A program made the translations under genes and the position numbers. A stretch of 62,653 bases of DNA, filler included, from Choristocarpus tenellus KU-1152 (Eukaryota; Protista; Phaeophyceae), in assembly GCA_964200185.2 (NCBI GenBank). It is 11 parts of 11 records of this genome, joined end to end, with 100 filler letters (N's around TTAATTAATTAA, not from the genome) between each part and the next. Parts side by side here need not be neighbours in the genome. Positions count along the whole stretch, not along the records: positions 47,536 to 57,836 come from CAXNAD020003006.1; positions 57,937 to 62,653 come from CAXNAD020013360.1; 9 more parts are not named here. One strand, 5' to 3'. A model generated the notes under the pieces. The model was not told the DNA's origin. It did no database searches and worked only from the letters and a program-made list of their open reading frames with translations. Every line of letters starts with the position of its first letter. The first letter of the stretch is position 1. Below are positions 47,723 to 61,314 of the stretch, in pieces.

Positions 47723-50700
47723 AAATTCGACTTTTTTTGTACAAATTCGCGTAGGGAATTTTCATGGTTTTGTCAAAAACTATCAAACAATAGAGAGATG
47801 GACGCTTTCAGATTAATCTTAGTACTTCATCCATAGAAATAAATAGGTGCGAATTGCAAAACGCCCAAAAACTGTGTACATCTCGTTTACTTCGGCTCAT
47901 TGCGGACAGAGCGACATACAATATGAAGATATCATATATCAAAAAATAAAATAAAAACGTACCTCCCAACTTAGGATTAGATGGAAAGGTAGTATAGAAT
48001 ATACGCACCATACACTAAACCGGACACAATGACACAGAGTGGGACACACGTACAGTAGGGTATCCTAATGGTCTTTATCAGTCTTAAGATGCAAACAGAT
48101 CTCACTCACACGCATGACACGGCACCAGGCTGGGCATCATGTCATCAGGTTCTCACCACCAACAAATGATAGATTGTGTGAGCAAATACCAATTTTGTTC
48201 ACTCTCACAGAAGAGAAGACGTTTTTTTAAAATGTCATGCTGGGTTTCAATGAGCGACTCTGGATTTGAAAGATCCTGTGTTAAAAGTGCTTTTGAGATT
48301 GTTTTGCCTAGGTTGATAATCTGTCACACTCGCTAATATGACAGTGTCTAAAAGTACGTCTTGACTAGTTTGCTACCCCTACCCACTAATGGTGTAAAAT
48401 GCCGTTCAGTTTTCAATTTCAAAATGCTTGCCAAGAGTTGACTCTGCTCTTCGAAGATTTCGTGTAACTCCCACCCTGAGATGTGAATCTCCCACATAGA
48501 GTCAAGCCGGGGTACCTTAACTGGATGATCTGTTATACAGGCGATATGTCTTGATGGCGATTTCATAAACACCATTATTACCTTGAAGTCCTAGATTTGA
48601 TATATTCTTACTTCGTGACCATTTATTTATTATTTGGTCATTAAGGTCCCTGATTGTGATAAGATATCGTAGACCAGCTCCTTTTTATTTCATGATATTG
48701 ATGATAATCAAAGTGAGAGATCCAGCATACTTGACGACTTGTGCTTCAGGAGTCCTCTACGTGCATCAGTATAATCTATAGGCCTGTAGATTGGAGCTAT
48801 ATATCCTGTGGAGGTGAGTTCTGGAGCGCGCTGTAACAGATCCCACCCGTCTTCAACTTAGAAAATAATCTCAACATCCTCTATATGATCTGTACCATTC
48901 TGTGGAAAACTGGGCAATGGATAGGGTCGATCCATCAACCAGGCCTATTATGGAATAAAAAAACGATGTAGCAATTTCACGAGGATCTTGATCTCAAATC
49001 AAAGTCATGAGGTTTGTTCTTCTGACGGTTAGGTGTATATACGCGAGTTCACTGTAAATATAATGTGGTATAGGGTTTTCATCATACTTAGACGTACATA
49101 TTTCCAGACACATGACCGCAGGTTTTGTTTACACCCCAATGTTATTTAATCACACAATTGTTCTCAATATACGAAAAAGAACTACTACCAACAATATATA
49201 GTGGAAAGGACAAGAAAGGGGGTGCTGCACCTTGGGAGGTGTTTTGAAGTATCATACGTGAGATTTCTCCTATTATAGCAAGCAACCTTTGTGGTCATAA
49301 GTGCTTCCACACATATTTAACATTACAGTTATCATGGTTGAAAAACTCACGAAACTTTCTATGTTGGTGACACTGACAGGGTCAATCAATATATCGTTTC
49401 GACACCGTTGATCGACCACAAACTTAATGTTAATAACCCTGGACTGTGTTAGATAGAATTCCGCATAATAAGGTAACACACACTCTACTATCTTCATATT
49501 TCCTTCCCTCTTATCATCCCTTTTGGTATACCATTATATTTGTGTGATAGTGAGATTTGACCACTTAACGCCCTCACAGATCCTCCTTCCGAACTTCGTG
49601 TTCTTTCGATAATAATTTCGTGAGACATTGGTAGAGTGTACAGAAGACAGAAGACGTACGTGGAAGAAATATTACGACGCACATCTACACGTACGTCTTT
49701 GTCCATGTGATCCTCCTCTCAACTCTCTCAATCACCTCACACCATCAACCACGTTGTGGTTGATGGATGAATAATTCCAACAAAAAAAGCCGAGAACCTA
49801 AAAAAACGGGGTTTTCACATCTTTGAAAGGTGTTTAAACATATTGTATGTCAAAACCTATCTTACCCTACACGACATTTCTTACGTCATACATAAGCACC
49901 TACACCAATTTATCGTACACATTTTTCATAGACTACCATGAACATAAGAACACAACAATCAACCTTATCATTTGTTGTTGATCACAAGTCATAAGATAAC
50001 AAAACTCATAACTATTATATCCTTGAAGGGACTAATTTCACTAGGTAATTTGAACTAACATCTCTCATTTGTGCGGACTGACATTTTATGGACTAATGTG
50101 TTACTTGCAGAGATTTTGATATTCTTGACGAAGAAAAAGCATTTTGTGAGTGGTTATGTGTTGAAGAAATCTCCTGCCTCTAGATTGTAGGAACTCGATT
50201 ACATTAATATGATCTTCTAAAATGTTACCATATATAAAATATCAACTAAAATATTCATGGTGATGTCCCTTACACAAATCGAACAATAAAATAGTACAAT
50301 GTATAGTTTATTACATAGTTTGAAATATTCCCGAATCGATAAATTAGATAGAGGGTATTGGACCGCCAGTTATACACGACTATTCCGACAACATCTGACA
50401 ACATCAATATCAACAACAACAACAACAACAACACTTTGTAACAACAGTGTAAGTTACCAATATTACAACGTGAATACATAACTGATGTCACCATCAGTAT
50501 GGAGCAGTTCTAAAAAAACTGTTCAGATATTCTGAACATAGTTGTACCACCTCAAACTTCGGGTGATTATGATGAGTAGTTGGCAAAAATATCATCTTTG
50601 CCAACATCACGATGTATATACTATATCTACTCATCCCTTGTATCACTCTCAGTTGAACCCCAACTTCTAAGTGACATTATCATGTCTTCAGTGGATGCTT

Positions 50701-53700
50701 CTACCCCTATGAAGCGGAGCAAAGGTGTTGTCCTTATTGGGAAGAAGGGGGAGCTCTGGGCATTGTCCTCCCTGGGTTTTATTGGAGGCATGGCAAGGAG
50801 CTTGGTCGAACAGAAATCTCAACTCCAGCCAATAAAGAATCGGCAATATGTGGAGAAGGCAAAGTATCCTCAGGACCAAGTCTTATCTACACCAGGAGGG
50901 GAGCAAGCCCATCCCCAGGCCAAGCACCGACTTATCATATGGACTGGGGGTCTTGAACCCCCCTCATCATCGATGCGGTCATTCTTCGACATAGACATAA
51001 CAAACGTGTTTCCAACAGAATGAGTATAAAGATGACGAAACTGTACAAGCGACCCTTCTCCTATGCGTACCCAACCCAAACACTCCTGACTTCATGGAAA
51101 GTTCATCCAAGTGTCCCTAACTGACGTTTGCAGGAATGCTAGTTCGCACACTCTCACTGGGGACAAGGCTAACGAGAGGTGGTGTCACAAATATGGGCAA
51201 AGCAACTGAGGGGGGATGCTAAAACATGTGGCAAGGAGGGCAGGGTGGAGTTCGAGATTGGTGTCAGATTGACTGGAAAATAACTAATACTTGTTGGGAG
51301 AGGGGTGTCCGCAACCCACTCACCTAGCTGGCGATAGGGATGTGAAAGGGTACAAAGGTGGTAACACATTCGATTCCTTACCTGGATTCCTACCTAACGG
51401 TGGTCATCAGGGAGAAATTGTATTACAACAAGGCGTCGAAAGTGAAGACATCTTTTCCGACAGTTTCTGTATCAACGGAAGATGATTGCTTGCTTGACTA
51501 GGTGCTGGGTGTGTAGCAAGAGTAGGATGGGATCAGTCAGGTCCATGATAACTTTTATGTAATCAAGAGCAAATTGGGACAGATAATTTTCAGATATTTT
51601 CTCAAGTAGTGCAGGGTGTTATCTTTGTCATTATAGAAATTGCACAACAGAAGAAATTAGTGGTGTGGAACTCTATCCTACCCCATCCCCTCACTCCATA
51701 AACGTTTATTCCAAGGCAAGGGAGGGTTACCCCACCTGTTGTTACGGTCTGACTCGGGTATATTTCCAGAGAATTGAAGCGACAAATTGGAAACAGGGGT
51801 GTTTCTGTTTTGTATTCGCTACACATTTGTAGTCGCTTTTGTTTTTACCCTTTTAGAAATGCAGCCCTTCGCACTCGCGAGCTGCCCATTTCTAGTTTGT
51901 GTTTCAACTGTAAAAACAGCAATTTTATTAGAGTAGCGAATGTACAATTTGTGTCCTGGTTTGTCCCTTCTCCCTGTACAGAAAGCGAGTTTTTATTGTT
52001 CATAGTGCAATGGCTCAGAAACTAGTAACCGGAGAAAAGCTTAGGGACGTCAGTAGTAGGAAGAATAAAAGAATATATGTGCACTTAAAGTTCTATTTTT
52101 ATCGCTAATGGCGATGAATTGGCAGGACCTTTGGCAGGATTTCTGTTCATCTCCATTCATTTGTAATGCGCCACATTGACATCATAAGCCTGTGAGTCCA
52201 ACTATGCTTAACCCACGAGACATCATCAGTACGTGATGATTCGTTTTAATCTAAAACGATACCGGAAGGTTGAGTAACCAATCCAGTTAAGATTTTGTTT
52301 TTGGTACTGCGCAGTATCCCATCTTCCAACCATAAAGCTGAAACCTTTACAACCTTGTAATGGATTTAAGCAGTGGGCGTTGACGAGTATTTTTGCATGG
52401 TATATTTATTTAGTGCAGCCAAACTATTTATAGGAGTGGATACAAATACCAGCTTGAGCGTAAGATACTGGTGTAGGTTTTTAAGCGCCGTTGGTGTTTA
52501 CAATGCAATTGTGTTCAGGCGGGTGCGCACAACACATCCTATTACGCTCTTTCCTTTTCACAGTTCTTATTGCTTCCAGAAAAATAACAAGTTTGTGTAT
52601 AGGAACGATCTTTGTAGCCCTTCATGTATATCTCTGGTGCCAATATCAAGAGATAGTAGTGTAGTCTTGATTGACCAAAATTTTACTACTGCAATCTACT
52701 TCAAAGTGCCTCCAAGTGACTAATACATAGTACATGTAGGGAAAGAGCAAAAACGTTGATTGGTATAAAATAAGTGATGGAGGGAAAGCTGCCTGGTTGC
52801 ATTATACGGCAAGATTCAGCCAAAGGTTTAATGTGCAACAGATGATTTGCCTGTTGCTACCAAGGCATACACGCCGCATAGAGTTAAGAAACACTGGTAA
52901 AAAATGATGAAAATGACTGGAATATATTTTGACACAATAACCCTCTCAAGTACTCAGTATGCTCCTTGACCCCTTATTGCACATCAAGTGTGCTTTTAAA
53001 AGATTCGGTCAGTGCACAAAGAGGTCATTTCTTTGTCACAACTATTTATTCCACTACGATCGATGGTGCATTGTTGCAGAGCAGTGAGAGGAGTTCGATT
53101 TTTGTACTCATAAATAATTGCTCTTTGTCAAGAGGGCTACAGAGAGGAACAAAATATTTGCAGTAGTTTATCCTAATCAACACAGACTCAGTGACCTAGG
53201 AGATGTCCAGGACGAGAATTGATCTTATTTTCTCCTCCTGATGAGAAATACCTTTCCTTCTTTCATTTTTTTCATGTTTGCTTTTTTTTCTGGCATACTG
53301 CATAGTACAGTTGACGGAATCTGCTTTCATTAATGTGAGTATTTTCTTGCTCCTTTGGTTTAACAGCTTATTCTGGTGCTTTCATTGCCTCGTATTTGCT
53401 TAATGCGAAGATGTTTTGGAACATCCTGACTTAAGACAAGGAATAGGTATTAACAGGGTTCTACTACTACTCAGTGACAGGCTTTCCTGTTTTGTGGACG
53501 GTATAAAACAATACTTATTGTGCTCCATGGATAAATTGGCTGCATGTTGGCTATTGATGCATTGAGGAAAAGTATATTGATTAATCAGGTCCAGAAAACA
53601 TGGGGGAATTGCGGTTCATTGCATTGGATTGTGGACAGGTCTCAAGTCAACATATGCCTGAGAGTGATTTGGTTTGGTACATCAAGGCTATGATATAGAA

Positions 53701-54500
53701 CATATTATACCCTTGATACGATCCGAGTACGATGTCTGACACTACATGATAGTGTTATTGTACGTAAGATTCGATATTTTGATTTTTGGGAATAATCTGA
53801 CCGATTGATTTGTTTATAGGTTAGTCTTCTCTTAGGGACGAACTGTTCAAAAACTACTTCTCATAACAACAGCGCCAGCAAATAATCCAGGTTGATTGGT
53901 GGGTTCACTATTACAAACTTCCGTAACTTCCTTAAACATCATGTGAATGTCAAAAACATGAGACAGAGTGATCAATTCTTCAAAGGGTGGATAGACTATT
54001 GATACTACCGCCACATTTCACCTTATTCATGGTGGTGATTCTAGGAGAGTGGTACTGTTTTAAAGAAAAAAGACCATCAAACAACATGTAATTACTATTA
54101 ATATAGTTTCGGAAATTAATGTTATTTACCTCATCACTACTTAGGACCTGAAACTATCATACACTTATTCTTTTGTGTACTCATTCCACATCTCAGTGGG
54201 TTCTTCGTGTTTTGTCTCTGTCTTCTCCTCGCATTAGGATCTATGGAGTCGCATAGCAGTTTCTCCAATCAACGCCTTTAGTGCTAATATGTGTCTATGG
54301 ATTTTCTTTCGTATATTATTAAGATTTCCAATTATGGGCACAGTACAGCCCCACCCTGATGGTTGAGAGTTGTTATTAGTCGTTTATATCTAAAAAAATA
54401 AACATGAAATGATATAATAATCAAAAATGAAATGGTCCAATTTAGGTCCGACTATCTTAACCACCTGCCAACATTCTTCAGCATTGAGGATCCTATGTTT

Positions 54501-54760
54501 GAGTGAAACTATCTTGGAGGGTATGAATTTTTCCCTGTTTGTCCATCTGTGGGGCTTGGCTTCCCATGGGTTTTTTATGAAATTTTCTGACTCCAAAATA
54601 TTTCGGAGTAGGTAAAATGTATACGTTATGAAAGGTGTGTCCAAAACATAGATATTGACACTTCCTATCAAACACGATAGCCAAAAATTACATCAAAATC
54701 ACAGCATTGTATTTTGACCCCCAAATGGACGCGGTTCTACCCTCTAAGATACTTTGGCTC
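54501..54760. mobile_element. MITE family A copy, TSD TTT
   Basis: TTT|GAGTGAAACTATCTTGGAGGGTA ... CTACCCTCTAAGATACTTTGGCTC|TTT. Confidence 0.88.
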
Positions 54761-55007
54761 TTTTCCAACCAAGGTGAGTTAAGTTGATGCTGAAACATGA
54801 AGGTCCTACCAAGAGATAGGCCACTACATTTTCTCTAGTGGCTTCGGAGAACTTCGCTCATTAAATTGGATCTTAGCGCCTTCTAGCGGTTTCAGAAGAT
54901 CCCTGCCAATAAAAATATGACATCAAAGGAATTGTCCACCTATGCAAAATCGCCCTCTAACAGTGGAGATGACCTAGTGGCTATGCATTGGACCATCTCT
55001 TGCTTCG

Positions 55008-55181
55008 GGCTCAAAGTACCTGGGGGAGGTGACGGCTGTAAGTTCGGGGCCCATTTTTCCATGTCGCGATTTTTGGGTGATTTGGTTGCATGTGTCAGAT
55101 GGATAGTGTAGGTGCACTTCTCCTGGTCAGGGTCCCAATAGACACCCTAGTGTAGACTCCCCCCCCCAGATACTTTGAGCC
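55008..55181. mobile_element. MITE family B copy
   Basis: GGCTCAAAGTACCTGGGGG ... CCCCCAGATACTTTGAGCC. Confidence 0.82.
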
Positions 55182-56600
55182 TTAACTCTTCGTTTGATTT
55201 ACTTTTTCAACCTGAGCTGTGGAGTGGATATATGCTTGCTTCCTGTGGTAGAAGTATTTGAGTTCACATGCAAACTGTTCGCTTACCAACCCTCTTGTCA
55301 ATTTTTCTCTTGTACACTGATCACTGTGATTCAGGACCTGTCATTACGTCTCAGCATATGCACAACCACTACGAGATCAGAGACTTTGAATGTACAACCC
55401 AACTCCTTGTACTGACATTAATTTTTTTCACGTAAGGGGCTGCCCTTGTCAAACCAGGGCTAAGCAACGCATTTGAAGCAGGTGCCGCTCAAGATCAAGA
55501 TCTCTCGACCAGAACAGCAATTGTGGTCCTACCATTGATCATAGTAGGTATACCTAGGCCATACTATGGTAATACACAAACGCTACTCCCATCTCAGAAC
55601 AGAAATTCGGGAAATGAGAACAGGGCTGATGTTGCGAGGCCAGAATAGTAGAGGCAGATAAGGATCACACATATCGCAATCTGGACATTTTATATTCCAA
55701 GGACTTCAAGAATCTAGATAGGATTCACAGAAAGTTGGGCAACTCACCCAACGGTCCTGTCTTTATGAGAATGCTGGTGGACGACTCTGATCCCTCTCTG
55801 TCCAATAACCCTATCTTTTTTTGACAATACCCTAGTCATAGCTTGTGGGAGAGAGCAATTTGGGCAGTACCGCTACACACTGCTTCGCAAGGTTACCATG
55901 ATGGGATATGTAGCTCAAATGAATAAGCCTGTCGGGTGTAGATGAGGCTCATAGAGGGCACCATCAATGATATTCGCCAAATATGTTGGATCTCTGACTT
56001 CAATTATTCACTTTATTGCTGTCATTGGAGTATTATATAGGACTGAACAATCATGCATGCCAAATTTATGACCTCATAATGACCAAATATTAAATAAATA
56101 GTTTAGAAGTACCATACATGAAATCTAGGACTTCAAGGTCGTGATGGTGTTTATGAAACCGCCATAAGACACATCGCCTGTGAAAGTACCATATCCTACT
56201 TCCATTAAGACACATCTTCTACTCTCACCGTGTACATCCCTCCAGTAATCACCCTAGGCCCCTCTACTTCGAGGCCCTGGCACAACTCCTTTCTGACTCT
56301 CTCAGAAGACTGATTTTCTCAGTAAGTCTTCGAGGTCTCAGGCATGCCGAGCCAATTCTTGAAGGTACCATGTTCAGAGATAGATCCAAGAGTGGATTCG
56401 CATTCTGGTGAGAGAATGTACCCTGTCGTATTGTCAATTAAAAAACGCAGTAGAGACGAACACGAGTTGCCTAAAAACAGAGGGGGGAGAGTTTTGGAAA
56501 GCAATAGGTAACCACCTGTTTTTTCATTATTAGTAGATTTTTCACCTTGGACTCTACGATGTCTCATGCTAGTCTTAACCTCAATAATATTGGGGATATA

Positions 56601-57386
56601 CTCCCTCTGTTCCGTAAGTCTGTGCCGTTAAGTTGTAGCTCTTCGAAATAACCTCCGATTACAAAACGGGTTTTTGCGTTGGATTCCTTGGAATATTCTA
56701 TATCGATGAAAAGAATGAAAAACGAAAATAATGGCGTTCTGAAATGGTTCCGAAAGAATGTCTCATAAGCCTGTGCCGTTAAGTTGTAGGTCTTCGAGAT
56801 GACCTCCAATTACAAAATGGATTTTTGCGTTGGATTCCTTGGAATATTCTACATTGACACAAAAGATCGAAAAATTCTGAATAGACTTCCGTTCTGAAGT
56901 TGTTCAACCCCCCTGGTACGCACTCGAGTGCATACCTCTCCAACAAGCATCCGTAGTGATAGCAAGGGAACAGGATCTCCATATCAACGATTTTGAGTTT
57001 TTGCATCCCTGAAGAGCAGGGGTTGGGTGGAGCGTTATGGCCCCATTGATGACCTTGTTGAGGGGGTTAAAAGTATGTTCCACATGTACAACACAGACAA
57101 GTTTGAGAGGGTGTAGTAAAGTCTGTTTGAGATGTAGAATAAGGTGTTAAGAGCGCCAGGATTTCGAGGCAGAGCACACAGGGGCCAACAAAAAGCCAGT
57201 GGGAGGGCGGGTTGGCTAGAGCAGTCGAAGTAGGGCGAGTTGGCCACAACGACATACTTATATATATATTGTAATATACTTGCATAATGTAGCATATTCT
57301 AAGGAATCCAACGCAAAAATCAGTTTATAGTCGGAGGACATCTTGAAGGGCTACAATTTAACGGTACGGACCCAGGGGACAGGGAG
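56601..57386. mobile_element. Stowaway-like (Tc1/mariner) non-autonomous element, TA TSD
   Basis: TA|CTCCCTCTGTTCC ... GGGGACAGGGAG|TA. A ~100-nt subterminal inverted repeat (GCGTTGGATTCCTTGGAATAT / ATATTCTAAGGAATCCAACGC) is present, with the left copy tandemly duplicated. Confidence 0.78.
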
Positions 57387-59456
57387 TATTTGAAAGGAGG
57401 TCAATGGTGTGCAGAGGGGAGCATCACCATACTTGCAGTAGATTGCCCCTAACCGGGTGGGTGAGGTCTTTCTGGGATATTTATGTTATTTTTTGTATGT
57501 GTATATGCTTTCACCAATATTATAGAATATTGACACAATTATCACCAGTGGCCCACCAATGGCGTACAAAGGGTAATAAGATTGGTTGCAACTTGCTGTA
57601 TTTCCCCAGATAGTTTTCGAAAACAGCGTCTCACCAAAATTGAGGATGGAGCATACTATGGAGGATGGGTTTTACCCAAAATTGACCTGGAAAAAGTGCC
57701 GATATGCTTTTTTGTAAATGTTGCGGCACTTTTTAAGGGCCCCTTTCTGAATGGGAATCCGTGACGGATGTGGTAGTAGTACAGTGTGTGGGGGGCGGCA
57801 ATGATTTCATTTGATCATCGCGCATCTGTATGCCCTNNNNNNNNNNNNNNNNNNNNNNNNNNNNNNNNNNNNNNNNNNNNTTAATTAATTAANNNNNNNN
57901 NNNNNNNNNNNNNNNNNNNNNNNNNNNNNNNNNNNNGGTGAAAAACGGACGCCGACCCCCCCCTCCCCAGATACTTTGACCCTAGTGTAAGGTGCATTTG
58001 ATCCAAAGATGTATGTATGGCAGTCAGGAAGATATATCATTTCTGTGGGTGGGTGGTTGTCACACAGAATTTTTCTAAAGAGCGTGGTGGTTTACCAAGA
58101 AGAAAATGATGTAGAGTAGTCTCCATGATCATGCTCTCACGCAATTCGGTGTATCACCCATAGAAACATTTCCGTTAGATCACGCATAGAGTAATTTTCC
58201 TAAAATGTTTCTTCAACATTACTATATTCGAATTTTCTGGTCCATCACTAATCTACGGTCTTACACACACTATGTTGCTACGTGCACAAGTAATTCATGT
58301 GTACTAATAACAACATTTGGTGTGTAAGGTACTTCAAAGCATCTCCTTGTGCGAACATTTTTCACACCGAAAGTTCAATGTTTTCCATGCTGCATATTTC
58401 TTGTCCGACTCCCTTTTTCGTTGGAGGAAGGAGGTGGGTGTGTCATTACATTGGATTGATAAACTACTATTATTCTTCATATATACAAGGACGACACACC
58501 ATGTACATAGTGAAAAGGTGCGTGACAGTTCATCAATAGTACCTTCTCCGTTTCATTCTTTTTTCGGGGAAGGATAGAGTTAGGCTCTCTGGGTGCATAG
58601 CATGTGGCACGCAATATGTGTCGGTGAACAGGGTGTTGTCTATAATGCACTTGACAACCCTTAGGAGACAGTGGAGGTAAAAGGAGGTGAGTATGAAATA
58701 GTCCTCCAAGAGTGTAACCACATGTACAAGTCACACATGTCCCAGATTTGTCAAACCTTGCTTCATATAAAACACAAATTTGACCGAGAACCAGGGATTA
58801 TTTGTGGTAGGTACCCCATGCCATTGCATTACTATGTTGTACTCAAGATTATTTGGGGTATGAAATGACTGTTATGACTCTGTGGTGACCCAAGTGGGAA
58901 GTGAGAAGATCACAGTGATGGGTACAGGTCAGAACTGGTTGAAACCATGCACAAGTGGAGTGACAGGAGTTTGGAATGGCAGAGGACTCAGTCCGGAAGG
59001 TTTTCTGCATCTTCCCCTGATCAGTATCTGCTCCACAAGGGAGTGATATTATGTCTGGTCCAAATAGTGTATGATAACATTGTGTTCCGTGTCTCCAAGA
59101 TTACCAAATATTATGGACTAGCATTTTTTTTTCTGTGGCCATGGGCTATAGACGTAAGGCGCAAGAATCCTGTGTGCTGAACTCGGCTTGGCATTGCCAC
59201 CCTGATTTTATCCTCAGTTTTTTTTTGTGGAAAAGCGACGGATAGAATAGTACAAGCACAGAATATGTAGCGCTCAACATATATGTGGAAGTGGACAATC
59301 GAAACCAAATTTCCTTCAGAAAAAATGTGGCATTGATGGGGTCCAAACCTACGAAATTGATACAGTCAACAGCTCCTCCATCACTAGAGCCACAGGAATG
59401 CTCGTCGAGTTACAAGAGTACAGTGTGTATGTACATGCATACCTCCGATTGTTTTT

Positions 59457-59642
59457 GGCTCAAAGTATCTGGGGGGAGGGGTGGCAGCTGTCCATTTGGG
59501 GTCAAATTTTTCATGTGGCCATTTTTGAGTGATTTGGTTGCATGCGTCGGATGGATAACGTAAATGCACCTTTCCTGATTTTGGTCCAAATGTACACCCT
59601 GACCTGGTGTAGACCCCTCCCCCCCCCCAAATACTTTGGGTC
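59457..59642. mobile_element. MITE family B copy, TSD TTT
   Basis: TTT|GGCTCAAAGTATCTGGGGG ... CCCCCAAATACTTTGGGTC|TTT. Confidence 0.85.
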
Positions 59643-60269
59643 TTTGTGAAAGATATTTTGGTGCGATTTTGTAAGATGTATTGAGGATCTCTACACTCGG
59701 ACACACAGAGTCCAACTCCAACCCAAAAAATATGAACAAATCAGCTGCCACAAAAAATACTGACAAATCCTTGGTTTTCATTGAGTTGATTTGTTGAAGT
59801 AAATACGCTAAAAATGACCTCCGTAAATCAGTATAAAAAGGAGCAAAATCGTGATATTCATGTTTTTTTGCTGATGAGGTCCCATTTGAATACTAGGGAT
59901 TTGTTGTATAGTTGCACAAGTTCTTGGCAGCAAAGCAGTGCCTTTTGCTGCTTCTGACTGCTGCTTCATTTTATGAGGTGACCTCTGCTCCTGATCGTGG
60001 GATGGAGACTATGGTTGCTGCCATGCCCAACGAAGGTTTCGTTCGGAGGAAGGATCAGGATGCTCGGCCTCCCCTGAGACCAGGAGTCAGAGACGGTTAT
60101 GAGGGAGTATACGAACCTTTTCTTGCACAGAGATCATTCCACTTGATTTGCTGTAGTAATAAAGTTTGGAGGTGTTAGTAAGTGCACAGGAACACCATCC
60201 AGGACGTGGAGTGTGTACCTTGAATAGGGTAACATTTGACTCTAGTACTACCCTAGAACATCACGCCAT

Positions 60270-60515
60270 GAGCCAAAGTATCATAGAGGGTAGAGTCGCG
60301 CCCATATGGGCGATGCAATTTTGATGTAATTTTGACTATATATTTGTTAGGAGATGTCAATATGATTGTCTGGACACTCCTTTTCATAACGTATACATTT
60401 TACCTACTCCGAAACATTTTGGAGTAGATAAAAAATGTCAATAAAAACCCATGGGAAGCCAAGCCGCACATGGACAAACAGGACAAAATTCGTACCCTCT
60501 AATATACTTTCACTC
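60270..60515. mobile_element. MITE family A copy, TSD CAT
   Basis: CAT|GAGCCAAAGTATCATAGAGGGTAG ... GTACCCTCTAATATACTTTCACTC|CAT. Confidence 0.88.
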
Positions 60516-61314
60516 CATGTATGACCTATCTCTCTCGTTTTTCAGTACAAACTAGAGTCAACTTGCTCAGTATCGTCCATTGTTAGGACAAGTATTAGAG
60601 ATCATTTGCTGTGTAACATCAGTTACCCAGCAAACACTCGGGACTGTTCGCTCTGTGAAGTGTCCATTGTCAGGGCAACACTCAGGACTATTTGCTCTGC
60701 ATCCAAGTACATCAACGTTTCTATGATCATTGCAGCTCGTCGGTGGTGATAGTTTACCTTGTTTTTTTCTTGGAAAGGGTGGTAAATCCAGTCGAGATCA
60801 GATTTTTTTCAAGGAATTCTGTTTTTTTGGTGATGCAAGAAAAAACCACAATTTTGAAATGATACGCCTGGTTTGTATATCTAACCTTTACCCAAAACAA
60901 GAAATGTATTGGAGAAAACCTAACTGATTCGAAAGCCTTACTGAGGCCAGGCAAGGGTGGTGGGATGGTTGAAGTCTATGTGCGAGAAAAAATCAAGGTA
61001 GACATGGGGCAGTGCGATAAGTTCAAGTGCATGAGTTAGTCCGTAGTTTATCCAAAGTAGCGCAGTATCTAGTGCCTCTAATCTCGGGTGGGTCAGGTCT
61101 AGGTGTACCACTTGAGGAAAAGATTGTCGAAAAGGAGGGATAGGGGTAAAGGGGGAAGAATATCATTAGTTTATGAGGTTGCCTTTTCTTGTTGCAGAGG
61201 AGTACTTCTCTTCTTCCCTGCTTTACACACACAAGTGGAGAACAAGTACATTGCCAGAACAAATGTACAGAGAATGACTCAACCAACAACCTGGTATGAG
61301 ATCAGTTAGTAGTC

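Noticed and set aside
50580-51023. 147-aa ORF
   Set aside because: Non-ATG start, no recognisable motif and no clear splice context.
8292-57936. Recurrent TTAATTAATTAA flanked by N runs as a biological repeat or CRISPR-like array
   Set aside because: It is an identical artificial six-frame-stop linker. Adjacency across linkers carries no synteny information.
59912-60178. Signal-peptide-like short ORF/exon
   Set aside because: No ATG in frame before the hydrophobic stretch and no partner exons found.
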